Shown: positions 29,870 to 42,500 of the stretch, in pieces | Layout of the letters: every line of letters starts with the position of its first letter | Position numbering within the stretch: the stretch's first letter is position 1 | Assembly (NCBI RefSeq): GCF_964204645.1 | Contig: NC_134028.1 | Coordinates: forward strand, 19,839,245-19,903,244 | Direction of reading: 5' to 3' | DNA: 64,000 bases | DNA from: Tubulanus polymorphus | Lineage: Eukaryota > Animalia > Nemertea | Translations under genes and position numbers: made by a program | The notes under the pieces: model-generated | What the model was told of the DNA's origin: nothing | What the model saw: only the letters and a program-made list of their open reading frames with translations | Databases searched by the model: none

Positions 29870-32800
29870 GGTTGGCAATCTCCATGAGTTGTCTGGGGGT
29901 TGTTATTCTGGGGCAATTCGAAGGTGATGTGTTATTTTTGGGGATCATTTGCGAAGGGTTATTGTCTGAGGGGTAATTTTGCGAAGGCTTTTTAGAAGGC
30001 TTGGGGGTAAGAACACTTACAACAAGCTTCCGGCTATCCGTGCAACGGTGGAGTGCCTGTGCCTTAATTGGGAGTGCGAGTAATGGGCAAGACACCCCAA
30101 ACCTCTTTTTCTGATCCTAACCCACAGTTAGTTAGAAAATAATATTTTCCACCATGTCACACATTTTCGTTTCTACGAAAAAAATTATTTAGTTTCTACG
30201 TCGCAAAACATTTCGATCGGACGCAAGTTAATAAAAAAAATTCACAATGTCACTTATAACACTTCCGGAGGCTCCTTAGAAGGCAAAGCATACTGGTGAT
30301 ACCACAACCAAACCCGACATAAACCGCAATCTTTAAAATCACCTTCATTTCACCCTGAAACAAAGCATTATACAATCGTATTTCCATATTTTTAAATACA
30401 AATTTTCTTGTTCTGAAAATATAGACTATTTTTACTGAACGAGTGCAATCAGGTACAAGGTCGAATTCTACACCAGCTCTCGGGGTCATAGTATAATAGA
30501 AAACAATGTGTAATAAGTGCGGCCTTGCAATACAATAAGTTTGAAAGGTCATGTGTTTGATGATACTCTGTCTGTTCAGGATAGGGAGAAGTTTTTACGG
30601 TACCCCTAGACTGCCCTACAGTTTCAAATTCATTAGATTTTTTCAAGCTAACAATTTTTATCATGCAGATTCTTTTTGGCAAATTCAAAATGTGGCAGAA
30701 ACTTCTACACATGACTTGGATGTTTCCTATAGAGGGGATCTGATCAAAGCTATCATCTACGAATAATCAATAGTCAGTTTGAATAGAACCTAACTCGTGA
30801 TCAATGCAATCAATGATTTTATTGATATTTACTACTGTTAAAACGTTTGGCGTAATTGGTTTTTTCGCCGATTTTCCCCAAATTGAACAAGTTCTCGTCA
30901 ATTTCAACTGCAGATACCGAAAACACACGATATAGAATAGATTCTTATGTCAAAACTTCGAACTTTTCCAAGAGAGCCAATCCCGCAGTTTTTCACAGTT
31001 TTCAGTTCGACACTCCTGCCAAGTTCCATAAAACTAGATCCATTTCCACAGTTTTGGACAAAGTTCTGAAAACTCTCTAATTACAGTTTTCCCGGTTCCA
31101 CAGTCTTGGTGTAGACCTAATTTTTGGATCGAGTTCCACAGAAATGCACCTTCCTTACTTGTCGACCCAGTTCGGGCCCATTCTACGGTTTTGGAAACAG
31201 TTCCACAGTTTTGGACATGTTTCTACAGTTGTAGAGCAAGTTCCACGTTTCTGGACCTACTTTCTACAGTTGTCGACACAGTTCCATTGTTCTGGAACTT
31301 CCTTTACAGTTGTGTACCAAGTTCCACACTTCATGACCTACTTCTACAGTTGTAGAGCAAGTTCCACAATTGTGGACTACTTTCTACAGTTGCCGACGCA
31401 GTTCCATTGTTCTGGACCTACTTTTACAGTTGTGGGCCAAGTTCCACACTTCATGACCTACTTCTACTTACTTTTACCACACTTTTTCACACTTCAGGAC
31501 TTGCTTACTTAGGATCCCGTTCCACAGTCCTGGACAAAGTTCTAAAGTTTGGTTATATTTGAGTTACGAGTTTTCAATAATTTGAATAATTCTACTGTGG
31601 AAATGTGGAACTGTGGAACCGGATGCAATTCAATTAATATTTGAATATACAGTTCATAAAGTAGCCTTTTACAAGATTTTATTCATATGTGGGTGAAAAA
31701 TATTAAACCTCCATCGTCCTTCAAATTTCCAGCAATATACAGTAGAAAAACAGGGCCAGACAGATTAAACAAAGCAAAAATAATCGAATCGATCCTGTAA
31801 ATAGTTGGAATTGAATCTACTGAGTTGGATATATAATGTGAAACCGTTAAGCAACTTCTGATCAAATATTATTCATCCCAAAATATGTATAAAACTGGCA
31901 AGATTCAATCGACAAAATGAGACATTCGTCAGTCGCTTCAACACCACGCTAAATCTCAACACATATCATACAGGTAAGATCACTCGTAATATCTATAGGT
32001 CTTACACAGCCGGGAACCAGTCTCCTGTTCTGACACTGCCGGCAACCAGTCTCTATTTCTATGATCTGATTGCAGTTTTCCAGAGACAACATGAAATTGA
32101 TCAGTTTTTTGGTGGTTTTTCTAGCGGTTTTCTGGGTTTCAACCGATGCCATTGCTGATGAAAGTACATGTAGCAAGGTAAATAATTCCCTATAAAGAGG
32201 AAACGCTGTATCGTCAAAGCGATTCACCAATCGAATGTAATATGTAGAGTTAATCCATCGCAGCTACACTCATGAACCTAAAGTCTACCAACGTTCTTGG
32301 TCCAACGTGCAGTTGATATTCTTCATGGAAAGACGAATTGACGGATATACCTCTCAGTATTTGAAACAAATCTCTGAAAATGAGTGGAAGTATTCCACCC
32401 GAAACGTTAGAATGAAATAATAACTGTTGTTTAAGATCTATATTGTGGGTTTTTATGCAATTGTATTCAAGACTGGAAATAGTGCCAATTATTTATAACC
32501 TCTTAGTATTCTTATAATCATGATTTTCACTGTTGTATCTTAAGGATTTACCAAGAAAAAGCATTTTCGATTGCGTTTGTTTTTATTGGCAGGTATCATC
32601 TCATGCTGTCGAGTTTTATGGCAAGGCCATATCGGGACCACTGAGTAAATTAGATTGCGATACTATCGTCCAAAGCAATATCTTGGACGATCTTAAGTCA
32701 ACGGATCTACTAGGTAACATTTCGCCGGCAATCTTCAATTCAATTCAAGGTAAATCGCTGATTATCGATTTCGCAAGAAACAATGTGAAAGATCTAAGTA

Positions 32801-33122
32801 AAAATTTGAAATCTTTGGAAACAGCATTGAAACAACTGGGAAACTAGAAAATGCCATGGAAATGATGGATAATTCGAGCAACATTCTATCATACTAGAAA
32901 ATATATGTTCTAATTCTATAGGTTTCGCATTTCCTTGTTCTATACAATCATAATTTGTGTCAATGTTTGAAAATGCAAATAAATAATTCTTAATCGGCAT
33001 TAGAAACGAATGTAGTGATGTATTGATTTCATTGATGGTTCGCAGTTTACAGTTCCCCCCGAATACCGATGAGCAGATGATATTTACAAGTACCCGCGAA
33101 CATGTTAGCAGGTGACACTTAC

Positions 33123-33415
33123 AAGTTCCCAGTTGTTCCAGACAGCGTCCAATACACGGGACAAGTTTCTGTTACCGTAACCCCACCTAGCGTGATATCC
33201 CAACAACTAACACCGTCCCACACCATCCGACAACGATAGTGTTTCGGTTCATCTGCGAGAGAAAAACAAATCAACAGTGCGGAAACGCCAGGGGGAGACA
33301 CAAGTGCCAACTTGACATGTTTTATGAGAAAGCTGATACCTGCAGTGACCGGTGTGCGCGCGTGTCTTCCAGCTATCGATCACAACACTGTCTGCTGTAT
33401 GGCAACAAGAACACC
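33123..33415 (-). pseudogene. Class B GPCR extracellular hormone-receptor (HRM) domain exon 33252-33123 plus a broken upstream exon
   Basis: The exon encodes EPKHYRCRMVWDGVSCWDITLGGVTVTETCPVYW (C-x3-WDG-x2-CW-x2-T-x2-G-x6-CP signature) with intact acceptor and donor. The upstream exon is frameshifted and cut by an insertion at ~33417. No 7TM exons seen. Confidence 0.75.
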
Positions 33416-33416
33416 A

Positions 33417-34000
33417 ATTATTAGGGTTTTCTGTTATTTCACAGAAAACCCTATTGATATCCGCGTGATTATTATTATTATTATTTTCTTCCACACTATT
33501 TTTACCAAAAGAACATAGGCTTTGTTACCTTACCGCTGTTTCATATACAATCCATATAATATCGTTCAGCTCACTGAGATCTACAAATAGCCCGCGTGTT
33601 TTTTCACGAATCATCGTTACAAAAGCGCTGTCGGGCTGTAAACATCGAAAATTTAGCCCCATTCAATGGGGCGACATGTTTTTCGAGTCGTCATCCCGAA
33701 ATCAACCCGCAGGCCGACTGTCACTTCGATTATCAATTCAAGTATAAATGAACTAATTTATTGTCGCAGACTTCACATTCAGTCGCGGTCTTCAAACAGT
33801 GATTTTAACAATAGCCCATTTTCCTCATCAGATCATATTACCGATACACTGGAGATTTACTACTTTAGATTTTAAAAGCACTGTCGAGCCGTAAACATCG
33901 ACGAATCGACGTGTGTTACTACATCGTCGTTCCGGGGATCAGCTGCGAGTTTCTGTTCATCATGAGAATCAAATCGAGTACAAATTAATTTATTACTACC
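33417..34000 (+). mobile_element. Helentron/DINE-like non-autonomous element, 5' part (3' end not defined)
   Basis: TTATTAGGGTTTTCTG..CAGAAAACCCTATTG subterminal inverted repeat followed by (ATT)n, then an internal repeat (AAAAGC.CTGTCG.GC.GTAAACATCG twice). Confidence 0.5.
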
Positions 34001-34804
34001 AGTGATTTGGCTGCGGGTTTCAAGGAGTTAGTATAACAATACCTATTTTTCTTTACCGAATTAACCGTGTATTTACTAAGATAAATCTTTAGTGCAAAGG
34101 GGAATCGTAGGCCTAAACTAAACACGCCGAAGAGATATAGCGGAGAAAAGCTGTTATGTCGACGAGGTATCAAAATAAAAGAATATATTACTTTATTCGG
34201 CCGCGGGCCTCTAGATCAATACCATCAATACTCTATATTTCCTACAGTACATACCGATCATTGTCAAATGCACAAGGTATTTACTAAATACAAGTATATA
34301 ACACATAATCCTTTCCGTATGCTGGACTCACACTTGACATTCGGAGTAAGCGTTCGCTGTGGGGGAAAGGGATCGTTCGCTGTGTCGCTTGAAGTGTTTA
34401 TCGAGTTTGACGCGGCTTTAGGCCTACCGGTACTGAGCTTTACTGTCTCAAACAAACACAGTACAATTGTTGCGTTTATTAACGGACTCATTGGATTGAA
34501 CTTCAAAACAAAATTTACGATATTTAGGTGGGTTGTTAAATTCAATAGGCCTACGACCAATCTGTCCGGATGTTAGGCCTACGCATATACATAGGCCTAC
34601 ATAGGCTAGTAGCCTCTACTAGGTTAAGCGTTGGCTGTGGGGGAAAGGAGATCGTTCGCTGTGTCGCTTGAAGTGTTTATCGAGTTTTACGCGACCTAAA
34701 GGCTTTAGTATGGTGGCTGATAAGGGCCATGCGTGAAAAAACACGTACATGCAAATGAGGGCGACATTATTGACAAAACGACAAAACTAAAATAACGCGA
34801 CAAA

Positions 34805-36075
34805 ACAATAATTTTGGTTTTGTCGCCCGCGACAATTCATTATTTTGGTTTTATCGCCCGCGACAATTCATTAATTTGGTTTTGTCACCCACGACAAATC
34901 GATATTTTCGTTTTGTCGCCCATGACAATTCAATATTTTGGTTTTATCGCCCGCGACAATTCATTATTTTGGTTTTATCGCCCGCGACAATTTTTTTTTT
35001 GTCGCGGTTTTATCGCCCGCAACAATTCATTATTTTGGTTTTATCGCCCGCAACAATTCATTAGTTTGGTTTTGTCGCCCGCGACAATTGAAGATTTTGG
35101 TTTTTCTGCCGCGACAATTCATTTTTTGGATTTGTCGCCCGCGACAATTTAATATTTTGGTTTTATCGCCAGCGACAATTCATTATTTTGGTTTTATCGC
35201 CCGCGACAATTCATTATTTTGGTTTTATCGCCCGCGACAATTCATTAATTTGGTTTTGTCACCCGCGACAAAACAATATTTTGGTTTTGTCGTACAAGAC
35301 AATTCAATATTTTGGTTTTTCTGCCGCGACAATTCATTTTTTGGATTTGTCGCCTGCGACAATTCAATATTTTGGTTTTATCGCCCGCGACAATTCAATA
35401 TTTTGGTTTTATCGCCCGCGATAATTCATTATTTTGGTTTTATCGCCCGCGACAATTCATTATTTTGGTTTTGTCGCACAACACAATGGCGACAATTCAT
35501 TATTTTGGTTTTATCGCCCGCGACAATTTTTTTCTCTTTTTGTCGCGGTTTTATCGCCCGCGACACTTCAATATTTTGGTTTTATCGCCCGCGACAATTC
35601 ATTATTTTGGTTTTATCGCCCGGAACAATTCATTATTTTGGTTTTGTCGCACGCGACAATGGCGACAATTCAAGATTTTGGCTTTATCGCCCGCGACAAT
35701 TCATTTTTTGGATTTGGCGCCTACGACAATTCAATATTTTGGTTTTATCGCCCGCGACAATTCATTATTTTGGTTTTATCGCCCGCGACAATTTTTTTCT
35801 CTTTTTGTCGCGGTTTTATCGCCCGCGACACTTCAATATTTTGGCTTTATCGCCCGCGACAATTCATTAGTTTGGTTTTGTCGCCCGCGACAATTGAATA
35901 TTTTGGTTTTGTCGCCAGCGACAATTCATGATTTTGGTTTTATCGCCCGCGACAATTCATTTTTTGGTTTTGTCGCCCGCGACAATTCAATATTTTGGTT
36001 TTATCGCCAGCGACAATTGATTATTTTGGTTTTATCGCCCGCGACAATTAATTTTTTTGGTTTTGTCGCCCACAT
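34805..36075. repeat. ~31-bp minisatellite (TTTTGGTTTTATCGCCCGCGACAATTCATTA), about 40 units
   Basis: Head-to-tail near-identical units with recurring variant blocks. Confidence 0.96.
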
Positions 36076-36161
36076 TATTAGCTTTTGAATAATTGGGCCA
36101 ATTAATAACGTAATAAAGACTTATGCTTTCGCCTATTTTGAAGCCGATTAATCTGATATAG

Positions 36162-36577
36162 TACGGAAGTGATAAAGGGCCTCGAGTTGTCACGTTCAAA
36201 CTCGACAAGTCGCCATATTTATGTCAATATATCGCGATATATCGTGTCAAGTCCACATGAATATGTCTACATATCGTGACGTTTTCACGACAAATTTCGC
36301 TTATTTGCTCATTTTCCACGGGACAAGCCGTCATTTGAAGACATGTCTAAATGTAAGATGAGGACGCCAGTAATATGACGACTGAGTTTCAAGTCGTCAT
36401 GAATATGTAGACTTGTCGCGAGGAAAATGGTTGAGAAAACGAAATATGTCGTCAAAACGTCACGATATATCGACATATTCATGTCGACTTGACGCGATAC
36501 ATCGCGGTATGTCGACAATAATATGGCGACTTGTCGAGTTGGAACGCGTCATCTCGAGGCCCCTTATCGCTTCCGTA
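36162..36577. mobile_element. MITE with long TIRs and a target-site duplication; second truncated copy from 36676
   Basis: TACGGAAGTGATAAAGGGCCTCGAG..CTCGACAAGTCGCCAT and ATGGCGACTTGTCGAG..CTCGAGGCCCCTTATCGCTTCCGTA, flanked on both sides by GATATAG. Confidence 0.85.
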
Positions 36578-37609
36578 GATATAGTGTCGAATATTAAGGT
36601 CATTTTGGCAGATTCTTTTTTTTTTAAAGTGATATTAAAGCGATCATTCAAGTGATCCTACTTAATGAAAGATCTACGGAAGCGATAAAGGGCCTCGAGT
36701 TGTTGCGTTCCAACTCGACAAGTCGCCATATCTATGTCGATATATCGCATCAATTCGACATGAATATGTCGACATATCGTGACGTTTTGACGACATGAAA
36801 CTCAGTCGTCATTTCACTGGCGTCCTCATCTTTCAGCAACGCCAGTCACATGGAGTCGTATGTGTTCTACTTTCTGCGACGCGACACGACTGTCACAACC
36901 AACCGACGCGCTCTTGCGACTGGCAGAAACTAGTCGCACACAATCGTATTGCAAGCGACTTGCATCGAAACTTGCGATGCAACGCGAGGATCGCATCGTG
37001 TCACAAGAACAACCAACGTCTGGCTTTAAGTTACTGCGGAGCACCAGAAATATCTTTTTTTTTCGTTCAAAAGACCTTTCCCTTGAAAATTCTTTCGTCG
37101 GAACAATATTTATTTCGTTCGAACCAATGATATTCTATACAATTGAACCAATTTGAAAAAATCGTTAGAACAAAGTTGAACAAACTTTTTTTTGTCCAAA
37201 CGAAAGGTTTTTCGTTCGAACAATCATTCAATTGAACAGAATCGTTTTAATTTGAACAGAATTTTCTTGTCAGAACATTAAGTTTTTCGTTCGAACAAGT
37301 ATATTGAAAAAAGTTTTTTCTCCGAACCGAAAGTATTAAGTATTTCGTTCAATCGAACAGAATTTTTTTCATTCAAACATTCGTTCGAAAAAATTGTTTT
37401 CGCTCAACCAAACTTTTCAATTCAACAATAACATAGCTTTTTATTCGAACACATTTTCTGTCAGAATGAAGAAAATTTTTGGTTCAAGCAAAAAGCGTAT
37501 TGTTCGATCAAACAGAATTATTTTCATTCGAACAAGATTTTCTGGTTGGAACATTAAGTTTTTTGGTCGAACAGCGCGTTAAGTTCGATTTGGAAATTTA
37601 CTCGGTCTG

Positions 37610-37870
37610 GTATATGTTGGATAACTGTGTATGTCATTTGTCAGGACATTAAACAGAAGACAACTTAGGATACTACCTTGCGTGACTCCACTAGTTAGAC
37701 TGACTTATTCCAAGATGAGGCGTACCGTTGATTTCGGCTACAAGTTTTCGTTCAGAGATAACTGCTGAGCCATTTGAGTGACCTTTCATTAATGATATTT
37801 CCTAATAGCCTGGTTAGTAATGCCTGATGTTGTGCCTTATCAAATGCTTTGTCGAAATCCACCGTTGAAC
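37610..37870 (-). mobile_element. Degenerate non-LTR retrotransposon RT fragment
   Basis: DFDKAFDK..LKWLSSYL..LTSGVTQGSILSCLLFNVLTND across frameshifts. Confidence 0.75.
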
Positions 37871-38399
37871 TGGATTCTAAGACTGTGCAGAAAACCCGTT
37901 ATCGCTGCTTTGCAGCTATATTTCACATTCTTGTTCGCTGAGATATTTCTAACTTGAACGCGTCCGGTATTAAAAGCTGACTCTGGTTCTCTTTAAAGAT
38001 GACTTTTAACTGAACTCGACTGTAATTCATTATCGTATTGATCGCCAGGTGCTCCCCATTGGAAAAAAAACTCCCACAAAGCAAAACGAACAGAAAAATA
38101 AGGTCTGAAAATCAGCAATTGAAGAAATCATTTGAACGAAAAGGGATTATGCATGCGCAATTCCCGTCCTACCTAGGAAGGTATATCTCCCCATTGCTTC
38201 TTCCCTAGTTGACTCTGAAACCCGCTGATGAGGATCAGTGGCAACGGAACAATTTCATCTTTCCGCATTCATTTCGGTAAGGCACCGTCCATCTCATAAG
38301 ACGAAAACGAATCTGATATTTTATATAATTATATAACATTGTTATCATATGGTTATTTATAATTTATATAACAAACAGATTCTCCTCAGTCTCATTTCT

Positions 38400-38800
38400 T
38401 TTCGAGGTTCTCGCGGCAGTGTTAGGCCTGCGTCGCTTTCGATTCCATACAACTGCTCTTTTGTCATCAACGCCATTAACTTCCCTTCTACAGGCGTAAG
38501 ATCTCCACCAGTGGTGTTTCTTCCCCCTGTACCATGCTGGTGTCTTCGGATAAAAATGTGCCCCCGTTTGCTACGACTCTTCAAATTGGTTTATTTTTCC
38601 TGCACTCTCCGTTCGAGCACCGGAGCAACTGAGTTTACGGCCTGAGAAATTTCCGTCCATCGACTTTCTTTCATCTTATTTGTGATTCCATCGGAGGAAT
38701 GACAGTTCCCATTCGGTATGAAATTTGATCAGTGTGTCAACTACACCTGTAAATATTGTTCTTTTATTGCTTTCGCTGCTTTTTTGCATCGCCGCTGCGT
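38400..38800 (-). pseudogene. Myb/SANT-like DNA-binding protein relic of PIF/Harbinger type
   Basis: AVNSVAPVERRVQEK*TNLKSRSK..HQHGTGGRNTTGGDLTPVEGKLMALM..LYGI resembles the NAIF1/MSANTD-type Harbinger accessory protein. Contains stops and frameshifts. Confidence 0.65.
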
Positions 38801-39299
38801 CACGATGTGGATGTACAAGGGACCTGCAATTATCGCGGTCTACAGTAGGTTCCTCCAGGAAAGTCGAATGAGATAGTACATGCAAATATTCTAATGAAGA
38901 ATTTCAGAAGTTAAAACAATGTACGTCACAGTGATATATCTATTTCTGCAGCAAGATATCTCTATACCGATGGGCTGGTCGCGATTGCAATATTTTGCTG
39001 ACGAACGTCTATTTTCAAGGCAGTATATGTTTTGCGGCCTGATTAAGCCATCAGTGAATATTGATTCAGTAACATGTCGGTATTGATAGCGTTTCCAATT
39101 CCACAATACAGATTATTCAATGTTTAGTATTCATGCAATCGTACACGATTGTGGATGATATAAAATTTGTACAAAAATGATGTATAAAACTTATACATAG
39201 AACGATAATGAAAAGAAAATTAACATTATTGCAAGTTACCGAATTTAATATTCACTCGGAATGGGTAGATATGGAATTAGATATTCAGGCCTTAAACTC

Positions 39300-39540
39300 T
39301 TGATCCAAAGAATTTGCTTACAATTTTGGCTAATAGATGGAAAGAAAGTAGTAGGTTAATTGGTGTTCCTTGTCGAGGCTTCTAATGTTGGGGAATATTT
39401 TGATGATATCGTTGAAGAGTTCATCCCGCAGATTTTCCCATCTAGAGCACACCATTAAAACAAACGTGAAATTCGGGTTAGATCACCTCGCTTTCCATTG
39501 CAAAGTTTTGGCAAAGGGCCTGTTGATTAAGAGTCGAAAA
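39300..39540 (-). mobile_element. LINE ORF2 C-terminal fragment
   Basis: FVLMVCSRWENLRDELFNDIIKIFPNIRSLDKEHQLTY resembles the end of LINE ORF2 after the CCHC motif. Confidence 0.5.
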
Positions 39541-42500
39541 GATAGATACAAGAAAACTAGTCCAATCATAAATATTTTGGCGATTTAGTTTAAGCATGCT
39601 ACGCGAACTAAGCCATCCGCTGTATGTTTGACATTTTTGATACATTTGCTGTAATTTTATATTATATTAAGCCGCAACCATTTATATGATTATTTACTGA
39701 ATAAATTTTGAATTGAATTGAATTGAAAATTGCGTTGTCATAAGTTGAAGATTCTTAATGCCGTCCTGGTCTAACTGATTATGTAATCATTGGCTGGATC
39801 CAAACAGCCATATCTGCCCAGGTTGGAATAAATTCTGTAGACTTATCCTCGGGTTCCATTCACAATCTCCCGTTTGCATTAATTGGCACGCAAGATCGTC
39901 CCACTACTAACTCCCTTACCCGTAATGTTAACCTCAATGAAATCAATACATCACTACATTCATTTTATGCCGACTAAAAACTATTTATTTGCGTTTTCAA
40001 ACATTGACATAAATTTTAATCGTATAGAACAAGGAAACCCGGAATTTATAGAATTAGAACATACATCTTCTAGTATAAATGCAATTTAGCTCGAATTATC
40101 GATCATTATGCATGGAATTTTCTAGTTTTCTAGTTTTTTCAATGCTTCTTTCAAAGTTTTCAAATTGTTTCTAATGACGTTGACATTGTTTCGTACGTAA
40201 GCGAAAATCTTCGATTTGCCTTGTGTTGACTTGAAGACTTTTGCCAAAACGCTAGGTAGTTGTGAACCTTGTAACTTTAGATCGTCCAAGATCTTGCTGT
40301 TGACGATGGTATCGCAATCTAATTTGCCCAGTGGTCCTGATATGGCCTTGCCGTAATGTTCGACAGCAAGAGATGCTACCTATATAATAAAAATGTAATT
40401 GAAAATGGTTTTTCCTGCTGAACCCTTAAATTACAACATTGATGTCACGATTATCAGGAGGTTATACTAAGAGGTTATAAATAGTTGAGACTATTTCCAG
40501 TCCTGCGTAAAAACCCACAATATAGATCTTAAACAACAGTTGTTATTTCATTCTAACGTTTCGGGTGGAATACTTCCACTCATCTTCAGAGATTTGTTTC
40601 AAATACTGAGAGGTTTTTCCGTTAATTAATCTTCTTTCCCTAAGTAATATCAACTGCACGTAGGATCAAGGAGATTTGTAGACTTAAGGTTCAGGAGTGT
40701 AGCTGCGATGGATTAACACACGTGATATGACTAAAAGATATTTACCTTGCGACATGTACTTTCATCAATGGCATCGGTTGAAGCCCAGAGAACGGCCAGA
40801 AAAACCACCAAAAAACTTATCAATTTCATGTTGTATCCGAAAAACTGCAATCAGATCATAGAAAATAGAGTCTTGTTCCCGGCAGTCAGAACTGGATACT
40901 CGTTTCCAGCTGTGTCAGAACTACCGATATTATAATTGATCTTACCTGTATAATGTGTATAATGAGATTTAACGTACTGTTGAAGCGACTGACGAATGTC
41001 TCATTTTGTCGATTGAATCTTGCCAGTTTTATACATTTTTGGCTGAATAATATTTGATCAGAAGTTGCTGAATTAATTTCAACTATTTATCAGGATCGAT
41101 TCGATTATTTTTGCTTTGTTTAATCTGTCTGGCCCTGTTTTTCTACTCTATATTGCTGGAAATTTGAAGGACGATGGAGGTTCGACATATTTTTTATGCA
41201 CACATGAATTGATTATTGTAAAAGACTAGATTTAAACTTTAGATTCAAATATCATACGAACTACTTCCGGTTCTACAGTTCCACAATTTCACAGAGAGGC
41301 AACTTATTGAAAATGAACTCATTTTCAAACTCTTGAGTCAAATTCAACCGAACTTAGGAACTTTGTCCAGGACTGTGGCGCTGGATCCTAAATAAGCAAA
41401 TCCAGAAGTGTGGAGTCATGACCACAACTGTCGGGGTAGGTCCACATCTGTGGAACTTGGCCAACAACTGTAGAAACGGGTCCAGAAGTGTGGAACTAGG
41501 TCTTAAACTGTAGAAGTAGATCCAGAACTGTGGAACAGGGTCCACAACTGTAGAAGCAGGTCCAGAGCTATATAACCGATCCACCATGGTTGAAATGCGT
41601 CCAGCTGGAACTGGATCCACAACTGTAGAAGTAGTACCATAATTGTGGAACTGGGACCAAGTTGTAGACGTATCTCCATTACCGTGGAACTGGATCCAAA
41701 ACGGTAGAAATAGATTCAGAACTGCGTAGCTGGGTCTACAACTGGAGGGTCCATGCAGAACTGAAGAATTGGGTCCACACGTGGAAATAGATCCGGAACT
41801 GTGGAACAGAATCTCGTTTTATGGAACTTGGTCCAGGAGTGTGGAACTCATGGGCAAAACTGCGGAATTGGGTCTCAACCTGAAAAAAGGACGTTTTGAC
41901 TTACATATTCTGTGTTTTTTCTGTATTTGCAATAAATCGACGAGAACTTGTTTGATTTGGGGAGAATGGGCGAAAATAACGCATTACGTCGATTGTTTTA
42001 ACGCAGTGAATATCAATAAAATCATTGATTGTATTGATCACCAGTTATATTCTATCTAAACCGACCAGTAATTATTTTGTTTTAATTAGATGGCAATGGT
42101 CGGTTTTATCAGATCACTTCTATGGCAAATACTCCAAGTCATGTCTTGAAGTTTCTGCCACGGTTTGAATTCATGCCGACAAATCTGTATGCTCATGAAT
42201 TGTAAACCTGAGGAAATTTAATGAATTTAAATGGGAAGGGGGCGATGAAGTCTAGGGGTACCGTCTGAATAAGCCCCGGACGTTGTTCACACAAAATGAT
42301 GTTTTAACACTGGTATTTTAGTTTACACAGTTCACGTGTCCCCTAACGCTTACACGGTATATACGGTATATATCCCGTGATGAAACACACGATCATTTAG
42401 ACAAACGTCATATTCTGTTGCAAGTCATAACAACTGATTACACATTGTATTACACAATTATTCGATTGAGAGCTAGTGTAGAATTCAATCTTGCGCCTGA

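Noticed and set aside
34814-36088. Long ORFs (up to 310 aa) and a CRISPR-like periodic pattern
   Set aside because: A 31-bp tandem minisatellite with no unique spacers and no cas genes, in a eukaryotic context. The ORFs are open in all three frames because the unit lacks stops.
38890-39110. Possible Harbinger transposase N-terminus next to the Myb/SANT relic
   Set aside because: The resemblance is too weak, with no DDE motifs or TIRs visible.
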